A stretch of DNA of 64,000 bases, taken from sequence record SRR22947725_1805; one strand, written 5' to 3'. The notes under the pieces were generated by a model, which saw only the letters and a list, made by a program, of their open reading frames with translations, did not search any database and was not told the DNA's origin. Below, piece by piece: positions 50,119 to 59,727 of this stretch. The translations under genes and the position numbers were made by a program. The stretch's first letter is position 1, and every line of letters starts with the position of its first letter.

Positions 50119-51344
50119 AGAAAAACCCGATCCTTGTCTGGTTCTTAGCCCTCAGCCTGGGAATCGCCCCCGTTTTTGTGGTGTCCAGTCCTGCGCAAGC
50201 TGACCAGGTGCGGGACCGCCAATATTGGCTTCAGGACTATGGCATTGAGCAGGCTTGGACGATCACGCGGGGGGCGGGTGTGCGCATCGCCATTATTGAT
50301 ACCGGCGTGGATGGCAGCCATCAAGACTTGGAAGGCGCCGTCGTCGCGGGCGCAGATTTTTCGGGTTTGGGCAGCACCAACGGGCAAACACCGGTGGGTT
50401 CGGATAGACGACATGGCACCATGGTGGCTTCACTGGCGGCCGGCCGCGGCAATGGTGTCCGAAACGGCGTGATCGGAAGCGCCCCCGAGGCAGAAATTAT
50501 TAGCGCTTCGATCAGTTTTGGTGGGGGTGCCGTATCTCCTGATGACCAAATCGCTCGGGCTGTGCGGTTCGCCGTTGATGCAGGCGCTGATGTGATTTCG
50601 TTGTCACTGACCAGAAACACCAGGGATTGGCCAGAAACCTGGGACAACGCCTTCACCTACGCAGCAGATCGCGATGTGGTGGTGATCGCTGCTGCTGGTA
50701 ACCGGGGAAGCGGAACGGTGGCTGTGGGAGCACCGGCGACGATGCCCGGTGTCTTAGCGGTGGGCGGCGTGACTCAGGAGGGCATCGCCAGCGATGCTGC
50801 TTCGTCCCAAGGTATTTCCCTCGGTGTGATGGCCCCGAGCGAGGGGTTGGTGGGAGCTATCCCCGGCGGGGGATACGTGTCCTGGTCCGGCACAAGCGGG
50901 GCCGCCCCGATTGTTGCCGGAATTGCAGCGCTCGTGAGGGCCGCTTATCCACAAATGAGTGCTGACAATGTGATCAATCGAATTCTTGTTTCTGCGCGTC
51001 CGGTCAACGACCAGGTTCCTGACCCGCTCTATGGGTATGGGTTGGTTAACGCCTACGAAGCGCTCACCAGAGAGGTTCCCTCTGTCTCTGCCAACCCCCT
51101 CGGGACCTTGGACGCCTGGATTACTCTTCACCGAAAGCAAGAGGGAAGCCCCACCATTGTTCCCTTGGGCCCGGCAGGGGGTGTGGCGGTAAAAGAACCC
51201 GCCTCACCAGCGCCCGTGGCGCTTGTTCTCGATACGAGGCGAGAAACATTGCCCTACCTGGTGTCTGGTGGGTTTGCCGTAGCGTTGCTGGTTGTTCTTT
51301 CCGTGGGAATCGCTCGTGTCTTACTGGCGCGGCGAACGCGATAG
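50112..51344 (+). CDS. S8 subtilase (mycosin-like architecture: signal peptide, catalytic domain, C-terminal TM)
   Basis: IIDTG, HGT, AAGN, GTS.AAP catalytic motifs. Confidence 0.9.
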   Translation: MLKKNPILVWFLALSLGIAPVFVVSSPAQADQVRDRQYWLQDYGIEQAWTITRGAGVRIAIIDTGVDGSHQDLEGAVVAGADFSGLGSTNGQTPVGSDRRHGTMVASLAAGRGNGVRNGVIGSAPEAEIISASISFGGGAVSPDDQIARAVRFAVDAGADVISLSLTRNTRDWPETWDNAFTYAADRDVVVIAAAGNRGSGTVAVGAPATMPGVLAVGGVTQEGIASDAASSQGISLGVMAPSEGLVGAIPGGGYVSWSGTSGAAPIVAGIAALVRAAYPQMSADNVINRILVSARPVNDQVPDPLYGYGLVNAYEALTREVPSVSANPLGTLDAWITLHRKQEGSPTIVPLGPAGGVAVKEPASPAPVALVLDTRRETLPYLVSGGFAVALLVVLSVGIARVLLARRTR

Positions 51345-51380
51345 ATTAGAAGCTGTTTTGCTTTTGAGAATGGGTGTGTA

Positions 51381-52757
51381 GTGACCAAAATTGTCATCAT
51401 TGGCGGCGGTTACGCCGGGTTTTATACGGCGTTTAAGCTCGAAAAGCTGTTGCGCCGGGGTGAAGCGGAAGTCGTGGTCATTGACCCGCTTCCCTACATG
51501 ACCTACCAGCCTTTCCTCCCGGAGGTCGCGGCGGGGTCAATTGAAGCCCGCCACGCGATCGTTCCCTTGCGCCGCCACCTCCCCAAGACCCGCGTCATCA
51601 CCGGGCGCGTCACGGGCGTTGACCACACAGCCAAGAAGGTCACCATTACCCCCGAAGGCCCCGCTGATTTCACTCTGGACTATGACCACCTGGTGATTAC
51701 TGCCGGTGCCGTGTCGAAGACATTCCCCATCCCCGGGGTTGCCGATATCGCCATCGGGATGAAAACTATTGAGGAAGCAATCTCGGTGAGGGACCGTCTC
51801 ATTGACAACCTCCACATCGCTGCCGACATGCCCCCTGGGCCCGCGAGGGACCGTTTGTTGACCGTTGTCGTGGTGGGCGGTGGATTTGCCGGAATCGAAG
51901 CGTTCGCTGAACTGCGTAGCCTGGTGTCGGGGATGTTGAAAGAATTTCCCACGATTTCGATGGACGACACTCATTTTCATCTCATCGAGGCTATGGATCG
52001 GATCATGCCCGAGGTGTCGCTTAAGAGCTCACTCTGGGTGATCAAGAACCTGGAGCAGCGCGAGGCTCATATTCACCTCAACACCCAGCTCCAAAGTGCT
52101 CTGGAGGGACGTTTGGAGCTCTCCAATGGAATGGTGCTGGAAACCGACATTGTGGTGTGGACGGCGGGTGTGAAAGCGCACTCCATGCTCGGTGGCACCG
52201 GAATTCCTCTTGATGACCGCGAACGAATTTGTGCCCAGGCTGACCTGCGGGTAACCGATGGTGATTCTGTGCTGGAAGGCATGTGGACGGCGGGCGATGT
52301 GGCCCGGGTTCCTGATCTCAGCGGCGGCGGTGTGGGCGGATATTGCGTCCCCAACGCCCAGCACGCCGTGCGCCAAGGAAAAATCTTGTCCAAGAACCTC
52401 GCTGCCGTGTTGCGGGGGGAAGACACCAAGGATTACCACCACAAGAACGCGGGAGCTGTTGCCGGGCTAGGCGTGGGTTATGGCGTCTTCCAGAGCGGCA
52501 ACATTGCCGTGGTTGGTTTCCTTGGCTGGGTCATTCATCGGGTGTATCACGGCTTTGCCATCCCCACGTGGGAGCGCAAAGCCCGAGTGTTCACCAACTG
52601 GTTGGTACACCTGTTTTGGGGTCGCGACTTTTCCAGTGTCCGCCGCGTCCAGCGACCACGCGCCTTCTTTGAAGAATTCGCCACGAGGCCTGCTAGCGCG
52701 AAGCCTGTGGCGAAAAAGGTCGCCGCTAAACCCCGGGAGAAAGCCATCGCCCGCTAA
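51381..52757 (+). CDS. Type II NADH dehydrogenase-like FAD oxidoreductase
   Basis: GGGYAG, YQPFLPEVAAG, VGGGFAGIE, WTAG, AGD, PNAQHA.RQ. Confidence 0.88.
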   Translation: MTKIVIIGGGYAGFYTAFKLEKLLRRGEAEVVVIDPLPYMTYQPFLPEVAAGSIEARHAIVPLRRHLPKTRVITGRVTGVDHTAKKVTITPEGPADFTLDYDHLVITAGAVSKTFPIPGVADIAIGMKTIEEAISVRDRLIDNLHIAADMPPGPARDRLLTVVVVGGGFAGIEAFAELRSLVSGMLKEFPTISMDDTHFHLIEAMDRIMPEVSLKSSLWVIKNLEQREAHIHLNTQLQSALEGRLELSNGMVLETDIVVWTAGVKAHSMLGGTGIPLDDRERICAQADLRVTDGDSVLEGMWTAGDVARVPDLSGGGVGGYCVPNAQHAVRQGKILSKNLAAVLRGEDTKDYHHKNAGAVAGLGVGYGVFQSGNIAVVGFLGWVIHRVYHGFAIPTWERKARVFTNWLVHLFWGRDFSSVRRVQRPRAFFEEFATRPASAKPVAKKVAAKPREKAIAR

Positions 52758-52766
52758 TTGTGTGAA

Positions 52767-52840
52767 GCCCCGGTAGCCCAATCGGCAGAGGCAGACGACT
52801 TAAAATCGTCCCAGTCAGGGTTCGAGTCCCTGCCGGGGCA
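52767..52840 (+). tRNA. tRNA-Leu (TAA), short variable loop
   Basis: Acceptor GCCCCGG/CCGGGGC + A73, anticodon arm GACGA-CTTAAAA-TCGTC, T-arm CAGGG-TTCGAGT-CCCTG. Confidence 0.92.
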
Positions 52841-53026
52841 CCCACACCAAGGGCAATAGGCGCTGGGGCTTCGACCAATCCTTGCGGCGATATCCGGGAG
52901 GACTCTCCGCTCGTTGGTGAGCATCCAACCCGTCGATGTCATTGTCTCCGCGGAGCGAGACACCCCTGCCCGCCTCACAGTGGGAAAAATCGTCTCATCC
53001 ACAGAAATAGGTTCTAGGCTTGAGGA

Positions 53027-53593
53027 ATGGAAGCCTTCATTGTTATTGCCGTTGTTGTTGTTCTCGCTCTGATTCTTGGGGTTTATCTCTGGGCCACCTA
53101 TAACGGTCTGGTCACCCTCAACGTCCGCGTTGATGAAGCCTGGAGCGATATCACCGTCCAGCTCAAGCGTCGGGCCGACTTGATTCCCAACCTGATCGAA
53201 ACCGTGAAGGGCTACGCCGCCCACGAAAAAGGGGTTTTTGAAGCAGTCACTAAAGCGCGCGCGGCAACACTGAGTGCCGGCGACCCTTCCCACGCCGCCG
53301 AAGCCGAGAACATGATGCAAAGCGCGTTGAAGAGCATCTTCGCTGTTGCTGAGGCATACCCCCAGTTGCAGGCGAGCCAAAACTTTCTCCAGCTGCAGGG
53401 GGAACTGGTCGACACCGAAGATAAGATCCAGGCTTCACGTCGTTTCTACAACGGTGGAGTCCGGGAACTGAATACCAAAATTCAGCTGTTCCCCAATACC
53501 CTTTTCGCACGGAGACTGGGCTTTGGATCCAGGGACTTCTTCGAGGTTGAAGATCCCTCCGCCATTGCGAACGCTCCGCGCGTCAAGTTCTAG
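53027..53593 (+). CDS. lemA: LemA family protein
   Basis: YN.LV, QLKRRADLIPNL, AEAYP.L.A, RRFYN, FP. Confidence 0.93.
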   Translation: MEAFIVIAVVVVLALILGVYLWATYNGLVTLNVRVDEAWSDITVQLKRRADLIPNLIETVKGYAAHEKGVFEAVTKARAATLSAGDPSHAAEAENMMQSALKSIFAVAEAYPQLQASQNFLQLQGELVDTEDKIQASRRFYNGGVRELNTKIQLFPNTLFARRLGFGSRDFFEVEDPSAIANAPRVKF

Positions 53594-53608
53594 CCGTCAA
53601 GGGACACT

Positions 53609-54499
53609 GTGTATCGGGCGATAGCGGCCAATAAACGCAACACCTGGATCATCATGGTGTTCTTCATGGTGCTGATTGCCGGTCTGGGGTTTGTCGCAGA
53701 CCTCTACGTCACCGGTGGAGGGCCAGGGATTGTCTTCTATGCCGTCGTCATCGGTGCAATCGCTTATGTGGCCATCCAATATTATTCCTCGGGCTCACAG
53801 GCGCTCTCCATGGCTGGAGCGAGACAGATTCAGAAGGCCGATAACCCTCGGTTGTATCGCATTGTGGAAAACCTGGCGATTACCACCGGCCTTCCGATGC
53901 CGAAGGTTTATCTAGTGGATGATCCAGCGCCCAACGCCTTTGCCACGGGGCGCGATCCTGAACACGCTGCTGTGGCAGCAACCACGGGACTGCTCGAGAT
54001 CATGGATGACGACGAACTAGAAGGCGTCATGGCCCACGAAATCGCGCACGTGAAGAACTTCGATATCCGGGTGACCACTATCGTCTTTGGGCTTGTCGTG
54101 GTGGTCGGGCTGGTGGCCGATGTTCTTGCCCGGATGGCTTTTTTTGGCGGCATGCGTCGCAGTACCAACGGAGGCAACCCGCTCATGATTATCATCGCCA
54201 TTCTGGCGATGATTCTGGCTCCACTGCTTGCCGCTGTGATTCAAGCAGCGGTGTCGAGGCAGCGAGAATATCTTGCTGACGCAACCGGAGCTTTGACCAC
54301 CAGGCATCCTGAAGCGCTTGCCAGTGCGTTGGAAAAGCTCGGCCAATATGGGCGTCCTCTGAAGAAACAACAGGCCTCCATGGCGCACTTGTGGATGGCG
54401 GACCCCATCAAGCCAGGGGTGATCGACCGAATGTTCCAAACCCACCCACCCATTGGCAAGAGGGTTGAGCGCCTGTTGGAGAACCAAGCGCGGTTCTAG
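53609..54499 (+). CDS. htpX: HtpX-like M48 zinc metalloprotease
   Basis: PNAFATGRDP, HEIAH, SRQREYLAD, THPP; follows lemA. Confidence 0.9.
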   Translation: MYRAIAANKRNTWIIMVFFMVLIAGLGFVADLYVTGGGPGIVFYAVVIGAIAYVAIQYYSSGSQALSMAGARQIQKADNPRLYRIVENLAITTGLPMPKVYLVDDPAPNAFATGRDPEHAAVAATTGLLEIMDDDELEGVMAHEIAHVKNFDIRVTTIVFGLVVVVGLVADVLARMAFFGGMRRSTNGGNPLMIIIAILAMILAPLLAAVIQAAVSRQREYLADATGALTTRHPEALASALEKLGQYGRPLKKQQASMAHLWMADPIKPGVIDRMFQTHPPIGKRVERLLENQARF

Positions 54500-54531
54500 T
54501 GCCCAGGCATCTAGACGCTTAGACTGTGGGG

Positions 54532-55641
54532 GTGTTGAGCCCGCGTAGCGTTAAGTCCAGTAACCGTCCTCAGGTCAGTGTCCCGGCGGGTCTTGAGCGA
54601 GCCACCGCATGGTCGTGGCGGTTTCTCGTGATCGCCGGGGCTGTCGCTCTGGGTGTCTTTCTCATTATCCAGCTGAACTTTATTGTGGTTCCCCTCCTAA
54701 TCGCGGTCTTGCTGGCGGCGCTCGCAGCCCCGCTAGCCATTGGCTTACGCGCCATCAAGTTCCCCGGCTGGCTTGCCACACTGACAACGCTCGTGGCTTT
54801 CCTTGCCGTGATCACCGGGCTTTTTTGGCTGGTCATTGGCGCTTTCGTGACGGGATGGGACCCCCTTCGAGAGCGCACCATCCTCGCCTATGACGATTTT
54901 GTTCAATACCTCTTGGAATCCCCTTTGCAAGTGTCCGAGCAGCAGCTGACCGGGTGGTTCCAAGAATTCATTGTTGAAGCTCAGATTGACTCAGCATGGC
55001 TTGTGAGTGGTGCTTTGTCGGTTAGCTCCTCTGTGGGGTCGTGGCTGGTGGGTGCGGGTATCGCGATTTTTGCCCTCATTTTCTTCGTCCACGATGGAAA
55101 AAGAATCTGGGAATACATCGTTTCCTGGTTCCCCAAGGCTGCTCGTCCTGCAATATTGGGTTCGGGGCTTGCGGGTTGGAGCACCCTCCTCAACTACGTC
55201 AAGGTGCAGATTTTTGTGGCCTTTGTCGACGCACTTGGTATTGGGCTTGGCGCATTCTTCTTGGGTCTGCCCTTGGTTGCGCCCATTGCGATCGCTGTTT
55301 TCTTAGGAGCTTTTGTGCCGATTGTGGGGGCCACTGTGGCGGCAGCGCTCGCAGTATTGATCGCGTTGGTCTATGAAGGCCCGGTGATCGCCCTGGTGAT
55401 GTTGATTATTGTCTTGGTCGTCCAACAGATCGAGGGTCAAATTCTGCAACCCTTGGTGATGGGTGCTGCTGTTCGCATTCACCCGCTGGCCATTGTGCTG
55501 GCGGTCGCAGCCGGCGGTTATCTTGCCGGCATCCCCGGTGTTCTCTTCGCCGTTCCAGCGGTGGCCTTTGTGAACGTTGCTGTGACCTATTTGGCCGCAG
55601 GCAAGTGGCGCTTTGACCCGCAGGCCCAGAGTGTCGCGTGA
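54532..55641 (+). CDS. AI-2E (PerM) family transporter
   Basis: FF..DG, FVPIVG, QQIEG..LQP, HP, GIPG..FAVP. Confidence 0.88.
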   Translation: MLSPRSVKSSNRPQVSVPAGLERATAWSWRFLVIAGAVALGVFLIIQLNFIVVPLLIAVLLAALAAPLAIGLRAIKFPGWLATLTTLVAFLAVITGLFWLVIGAFVTGWDPLRERTILAYDDFVQYLLESPLQVSEQQLTGWFQEFIVEAQIDSAWLVSGALSVSSSVGSWLVGAGIAIFALIFFVHDGKRIWEYIVSWFPKAARPAILGSGLAGWSTLLNYVKVQIFVAFVDALGIGLGAFFLGLPLVAPIAIAVFLGAFVPIVGATVAAALAVLIALVYEGPVIALVMLIIVLVVQQIEGQILQPLVMGAAVRIHPLAIVLAVAAGGYLAGIPGVLFAVPAVAFVNVAVTYLAAGKWRFDPQAQSVA

Positions 55642-56891
55642 AGAAGGCCACCCTGAATCCCAAAAGTCTTCCCGGGCCGACCCTGGAAGACTTTGCCGAT
55701 GCCCAGCACACCCTCCGGGGTGTTGTCCAAGAGACTCCGATTGAGATTTCACGATATCTCTCAGAGGTGTTGGGCCAGCCCGTCCACCTGAAGTGTGAAA
55801 ATCTGCAGCGAACCGGCGCGTATAAAATTCGCGGCGCCTATTACTGCATCTCCAAGCTCACCGATGAGGAAAAAGCTAGAGGGGTGGTGGCCGCTAGTGC
55901 CGGAAACCACGCCCAGGGGGTGGCGTTTGCGGCGAGAGAGCAGGGCATCAAGGCCACCATCTTCACTCCGATGGGTGTTGCGCTGCCTAAGCTCCAAGCG
56001 ACCATGGCCTACGGGGCGGAGGTCATCCTTGGCGGCGAGAGTATTAACGAACCTCTCAAGGCCGCCCAAGAGTTTGCCGAGACAACGGGAGCCGTCCGGA
56101 TCCCCCCCTTCGACCACCCGGACATCATCGCTGGACAGGGAACTGTTGGCCTAGAGATCATGGATCAGGTCCCCGAAGTCACCACCGTGATCGTCCCGAT
56201 CGGCGGTGGAGGATTGATGGCTGGTGTTGCCAGTGCAATGAAGCAGCGTGCCCGCGCAGAGGGCATCAGCATCAAAGTGATTGGTGTCCAGGCCGAAAAC
56301 GCCTCCTCCTACCTGCCTTCCCTGAAGGCGGGTAAACCCGTGCAGATCGACGTCAAATCCACCATCAACGATGGGATTGCCGTTCAAAAGCCAGGGGTGT
56401 TGAATTTCGAGATCATCAAAGACGCGGTGGATGACATTGTCACCGTCAGCGATGATGAAACAGCGAGAGCGATGTTGATGTTGCTCGAGCGCGCGAAGCT
56501 TGTGGTGGAGCCTTCGGGCGCTGTCGGTGTGGCGGCAATTCTGGAGGGCAAGGTTGAGGCCACCGGCCCGACCGTGGTGCTGCTCAGTGGCGGGAACATT
56601 GACCCCATGATCATGGAGCGGGTTATTTCCCGGGGCATGGCCGGGGCTGGTCGCTACATGAAAATGCGGATACCACTTCCTGATCGCCCCGGTCAGCTTG
56701 CGAGGACATCGCAGATTGTGTCGGACAACAACGCCAACGTGGTGGAAGTTATTCACACCAGGCACGGTAATGGGTTGCAAATTTCGCAGGTCGAACTTGA
56801 GCTTCATGTGGAAACCAGGGGGCCGGAGCATGCCGAGGAGGTTCTCGCTGCCCTGCGGGCAGAAGGATATGAACCCCGAGTGGTGTTTTAG
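55638..56891 (+). CDS. ilvA: Threonine ammonia-lyase with C-terminal ACT domain
   Basis: KCENLQRTGAYKIRGA, SAGNHAQG, GGGGL, SGGNID, PDRPG. Confidence 0.93.
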   Translation: MKKATLNPKSLPGPTLEDFADAQHTLRGVVQETPIEISRYLSEVLGQPVHLKCENLQRTGAYKIRGAYYCISKLTDEEKARGVVAASAGNHAQGVAFAAREQGIKATIFTPMGVALPKLQATMAYGAEVILGGESINEPLKAAQEFAETTGAVRIPPFDHPDIIAGQGTVGLEIMDQVPEVTTVIVPIGGGGLMAGVASAMKQRARAEGISIKVIGVQAENASSYLPSLKAGKPVQIDVKSTINDGIAVQKPGVLNFEIIKDAVDDIVTVSDDETARAMLMLLERAKLVVEPSGAVGVAAILEGKVEATGPTVVLLSGGNIDPMIMERVISRGMAGAGRYMKMRIPLPDRPGQLARTSQIVSDNNANVVEVIHTRHGNGLQISQVELELHVETRGPEHAEEVLAALRAEGYEPRVVF

Positions 56892-57382
56892 GAAATAAAG
56901 GTTTCGACCTCAATAATTTCTACGGCAATTTCTGCGCCCGAGGGGGCCGTGTAGGTCGTCGACTCGCCCACCCGCAAACCCATGATGGCCGCGCCCAAGG
57001 GGCTTTGCGCGGAATACACGTCTAGGTCCGTATCGCCAGCTAATTCACGCGAACCAAGCAGAAACTTCTCCACATCTCCGTGGATGTGAGCTTTGATGAC
57101 GGTGCCTGATTCGACGACTCCAGAGCTTTCGGGGACATCCCCCACAACGGCGTGCTTAAGCATGCTGGTCAGGGTTCGAATACGGTTTTCCATTTTCGCT
57201 TGCTCATCTTTGGCCGCGTGGTAGCCGCCATTTTCTTTCAGGTCGCCTTCTTCACGCGCCACCTCGATGCGTTTGGCAATGTCTCTTCGACCGCGGGTGG
57301 TGAGCTGCTCTAATTCGAGGGCGAGACGGTCATACGCTTCCGGGGTCAGCCACACCGGGTGTGAAGTATCGGGTTCTGCCAT
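56888..57382 (-). CDS. greA: Transcription elongation factor GreA
   Basis: AREEGDLKENGGYHAAK, SPLG. Confidence 0.96.
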   Translation of the reverse strand: MAEPDTSHPVWLTPEAYDRLALELEQLTTRGRRDIAKRIEVAREEGDLKENGGYHAAKDEQAKMENRIRTLTSMLKHAVVGDVPESSGVVESGTVIKAHIHGDVEKFLLGSRELAGDTDLDVYSAQSPLGAAIMGLRVGESTTYTAPSGAEIAVEIIEVETFIS

Positions 57383-57393
57383 GGTGAGCTCCT

Positions 57394-57427
57394 GAAATAA
57401 GAAGAAACCGGCCAGATGCTGGCCGGT
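57394..57427 (-). terminator. Intrinsic terminator immediately upstream of greA
   Basis: Minus strand ACCGGCCAG-CAT-CTGGCCGGT followed by TTCTTCTTATTT. Confidence 0.7.
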
Positions 57428-57440
57428 CAGTAATTTGAGA

Positions 57441-57845
57441 TTACGTCAACCAGCACTCATAGAGCAAACCGGTTACCGCAGGTTCGCTGGTGCGAAGCGG
57501 TGTTTCAAATACCCGTGTCCACTGATCCGAGGGCTGGATGTCGACGATGAGCCACCCCACGATTCCATACGATGCGTTCAACGCCTGAACGGCACAGGTA
57601 ATGGGTGTGCCTGGTGCTGTGGTTACTTCGTAATTCACGACCACATTCGTCTCGGACACGATGGTGTGAGCCACGTCCCGGTATTGCAGTTGTGAGGGGG
57701 TTTCCAACACCGCACCCCACCACAACCATGCACCCAAAATGACGGCGAACCCACCAGCAGCAAGCCATCCAAAAATTTTGCTTCGAGCAGCATTCTCGGG
57801 CGTCTGGCCATAGCGGTTCGCTAGACGCTTCGTGCTATCAGACAT
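57441..57845 (-). CDS. DUF4307 family protein
   Basis: L..RYG, one TM, C.VQA.N....VGW, C-terminal CW; usual neighbour of greA. Confidence 0.8.
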   Translation of the reverse strand: MSDSTKRLANRYGQTPENAARSKIFGWLAAGGFAVILGAWLWWGAVLETPSQLQYRDVAHTIVSETNVVVNYEVTTAPGTPITCAVQALNASYGIVGWLIVDIQPSDQWTRVFETPLRTSEPAVTGLLYECWLT

Positions 57846-57907
57846 CAGTGGTTTTCCCTCGCTACGCTAGGACCAGGGTAGCCCTAGAGCTTGGGAAAGG
57901 ACGGAGA

Positions 57908-58141
57908 ATGATGCTGAACCTTGGCAGTCGAGTGATGCCGTTGGAAGAGTTGATTCCCGCCATCGAAGTGGATCCCAATTCGGTCACCCCAGGTGTGATC
58001 GGCTTCGTCTTCACCTTCGTGATTGCCGGTGCGGTTTTTCTCTTGATCCTGGACATGGTCCGCAGAGTCCGCAGGGTTCGCTACCGTGAAGAAATCAATC
58101 AGAAGCTGGATGCTGAGCTCACACCAGAGGCGGATTCATAG
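57908..58141 (+). CDS. Conserved small actinobacterial membrane protein
   Basis: DPN.VTPG..GF + TM + DM.RR.RR..YR; GGAG SD. Confidence 0.75.
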   Translation: MMLNLGSRVMPLEELIPAIEVDPNSVTPGVIGFVFTFVIAGAVFLLILDMVRRVRRVRYREEINQKLDAELTPEADS

Positions 58142-58832
58142 CAATCAGCAGCACCGCACTCCAGTGGCATAAAAATGCCACAACCGTGAGGGCATGAAAG
58201 ATTTCGTGGAACCCAAAATTCTGGGGTGAGGGATTGGGCCGCTTCAGGCCATAGATGATGCCGCCTGCTGTGTAGGCGAGACCACCGATGAGCACCAACA
58301 CCATCATCGCTAGGTTGGCCGCCAGGAGGTCTGGCAGATACATCACCGCAGCCCAGCCGAGCCCCAAATAGATCGGCACATACGACCACCTCGGTGCAGA
58401 CACCCAGAAGACCCGCATGCCAATGCCCACCACCGTGCCGATGCCGATGGCGATCAGCAAGGTTTGGGCCTTGTCCGGGGGTAGGGCAAGGACAGCAATC
58501 GGCGTATACGTGCCAGCAATCAACAAAAAGATATTTGCGTGGTCGAGCCGCTTCAGAATGATTTTGGTCTGGGGTGACCAGTTGAATCGGTGGTAGGTGC
58601 CAGAAATTCCAAACATCAACACGGAACTGGTCACGAAAACGGAAACCGATATTGTGGCGGCGACACCTTGGGCCAGCACAATCAACACAATTCCCGCGAC
58701 CAGCGCAATCGGCAGGGTCGAGAGGTGGATCCACCCCCGCCAGGTGGGCTTTACTTCGGCGCTCGGGTGGCGCAATGAATCCTCTAAAAGGGGTATGTGA
58801 AGAGGACCAGAGGGCGTTTCGGGGTTGCTCAC
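58119..58832 (-). CDS. Hemolysin III / PAQR family (TrhA-like) membrane protein
   Basis: KP.WRGWIH, S..YH, RLDHANIF..IAGTYTP, GFHEIFH. Confidence 0.92.
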   Translation of the reverse strand: MSNPETPSGPLHIPLLEDSLRHPSAEVKPTWRGWIHLSTLPIALVAGIVLIVLAQGVAATISVSVFVTSSVLMFGISGTYHRFNWSPQTKIILKRLDHANIFLLIAGTYTPIAVLALPPDKAQTLLIAIGIGTVVGIGMRVFWVSAPRWSYVPIYLGLGWAAVMYLPDLLAANLAMMVLVLIGGLAYTAGGIIYGLKRPNPSPQNFGFHEIFHALTVVAFLCHWSAVLLIAMNPPLV

Positions 58833-58927
58833 GCCCTCACTCTAGAGCGAAGAGCTAGCAAAAAGGCTTTTTGTTGTAGGCATCATCCAAGGCCTTGAGA
58901 AAGGACTACCGTAGTTCTGTGCGATGG

Positions 58928-59704
58928 ATGAGAACGCTGATGGGGGAAGGCCTCCTCTATCGTCTCTACCGCAGACGGATTCTCAAAGAAATTCAAGCGC
59001 TCGCCAAACCTCAACACGTTGCCATGATTCTTGATGGCAATCGGCGTTGGGCAAAAGCCAGAGCGTTGCAGTCCAGTGCCCATGGTCACCGGGCAGGCGC
59101 GGACAAGATTCACGAATTCTTGTCCTGGTGCGAAGAACAGGGCATTAGCGTTGTCACGCTCTATTTGCTCTCCACCGACAACCTCACCACCAGGGCTAGT
59201 CAAGAACTTGATGATCTTGCAGAGATCATCGAAAACCTTGCTGACCAGCTCTCGCGTCTGGCGAACTGGAAGGTCAAACACGTGGGACAGGCAGCGGCAC
59301 TGCCTGTCCATCTGCGGCAAACGCTCGAAGCTGCGTCGGAAAGAACGGCCCAGAACTCAGGGCTTCACATCAACCTTGCGGTGGGTTATGGGGGACGCGC
59401 AGAGATTTCTGACGCTGTTAGTCGGATGGTAGCCAAACACCGGGCCCAGGGGGGGACACTCGAAGATCTTGCTGATGTCATTAGCGTTCCAGAAATCGCC
59501 AAACACCTCTACACGGTTGGGCAACCTGACCCCGATGTGGTGATCAGAACCTCTGGTGAACAACGTCTGAGTGATTTCATGTTGTGGCAAAGCGCCCACA
59601 GCGAGTTCTACTTTGTGGAAGCCCTCGGGCCTGACCTGCGTGAAATTGATTTCCTTCGTGCCCTTCGAGATTTCGGTCGACGCCAACGCCGATACGGGTC
59701 CTAA
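58928..59704 (+). CDS. cis-prenyltransferase (short-chain Z-isoprenyl diphosphate synthase-like)
   Basis: HVAMILDGNRRWA, LSTDN, YGGR.EI, RTSGEQRLS.F.LWQ, RRYG; start approximate. Confidence 0.92.
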   Translation: MRTLMGEGLLYRLYRRRILKEIQALAKPQHVAMILDGNRRWAKARALQSSAHGHRAGADKIHEFLSWCEEQGISVVTLYLLSTDNLTTRASQELDDLAEIIENLADQLSRLANWKVKHVGQAAALPVHLRQTLEAASERTAQNSGLHINLAVGYGGRAEISDAVSRMVAKHRAQGGTLEDLADVISVPEIAKHLYTVGQPDPDVVIRTSGEQRLSDFMLWQSAHSEFYFVEALGPDLREIDFLRALRDFGRRQRRYGS

Positions 59705-59727
59705 CACAGAGGAAAAGGGAGAGCATC

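Noticed and set aside
52767-52840. bldA-style TTA-codon regulation
   Set aside because: In-frame TTA codons occur in ordinary genes here (e.g. the YyaL gene), so TTA is not restricted as in Streptomyces.
52841-53010. Integrative element or prophage at tRNA-Leu (or tRNA-Gln)
   Set aside because: No integrase and no duplicated tRNA 3' end found in the window.
52754-53380. 208-aa minus-strand ORF
   Set aside because: Antisense to lemA and tRNA-Leu; shadow ORF.
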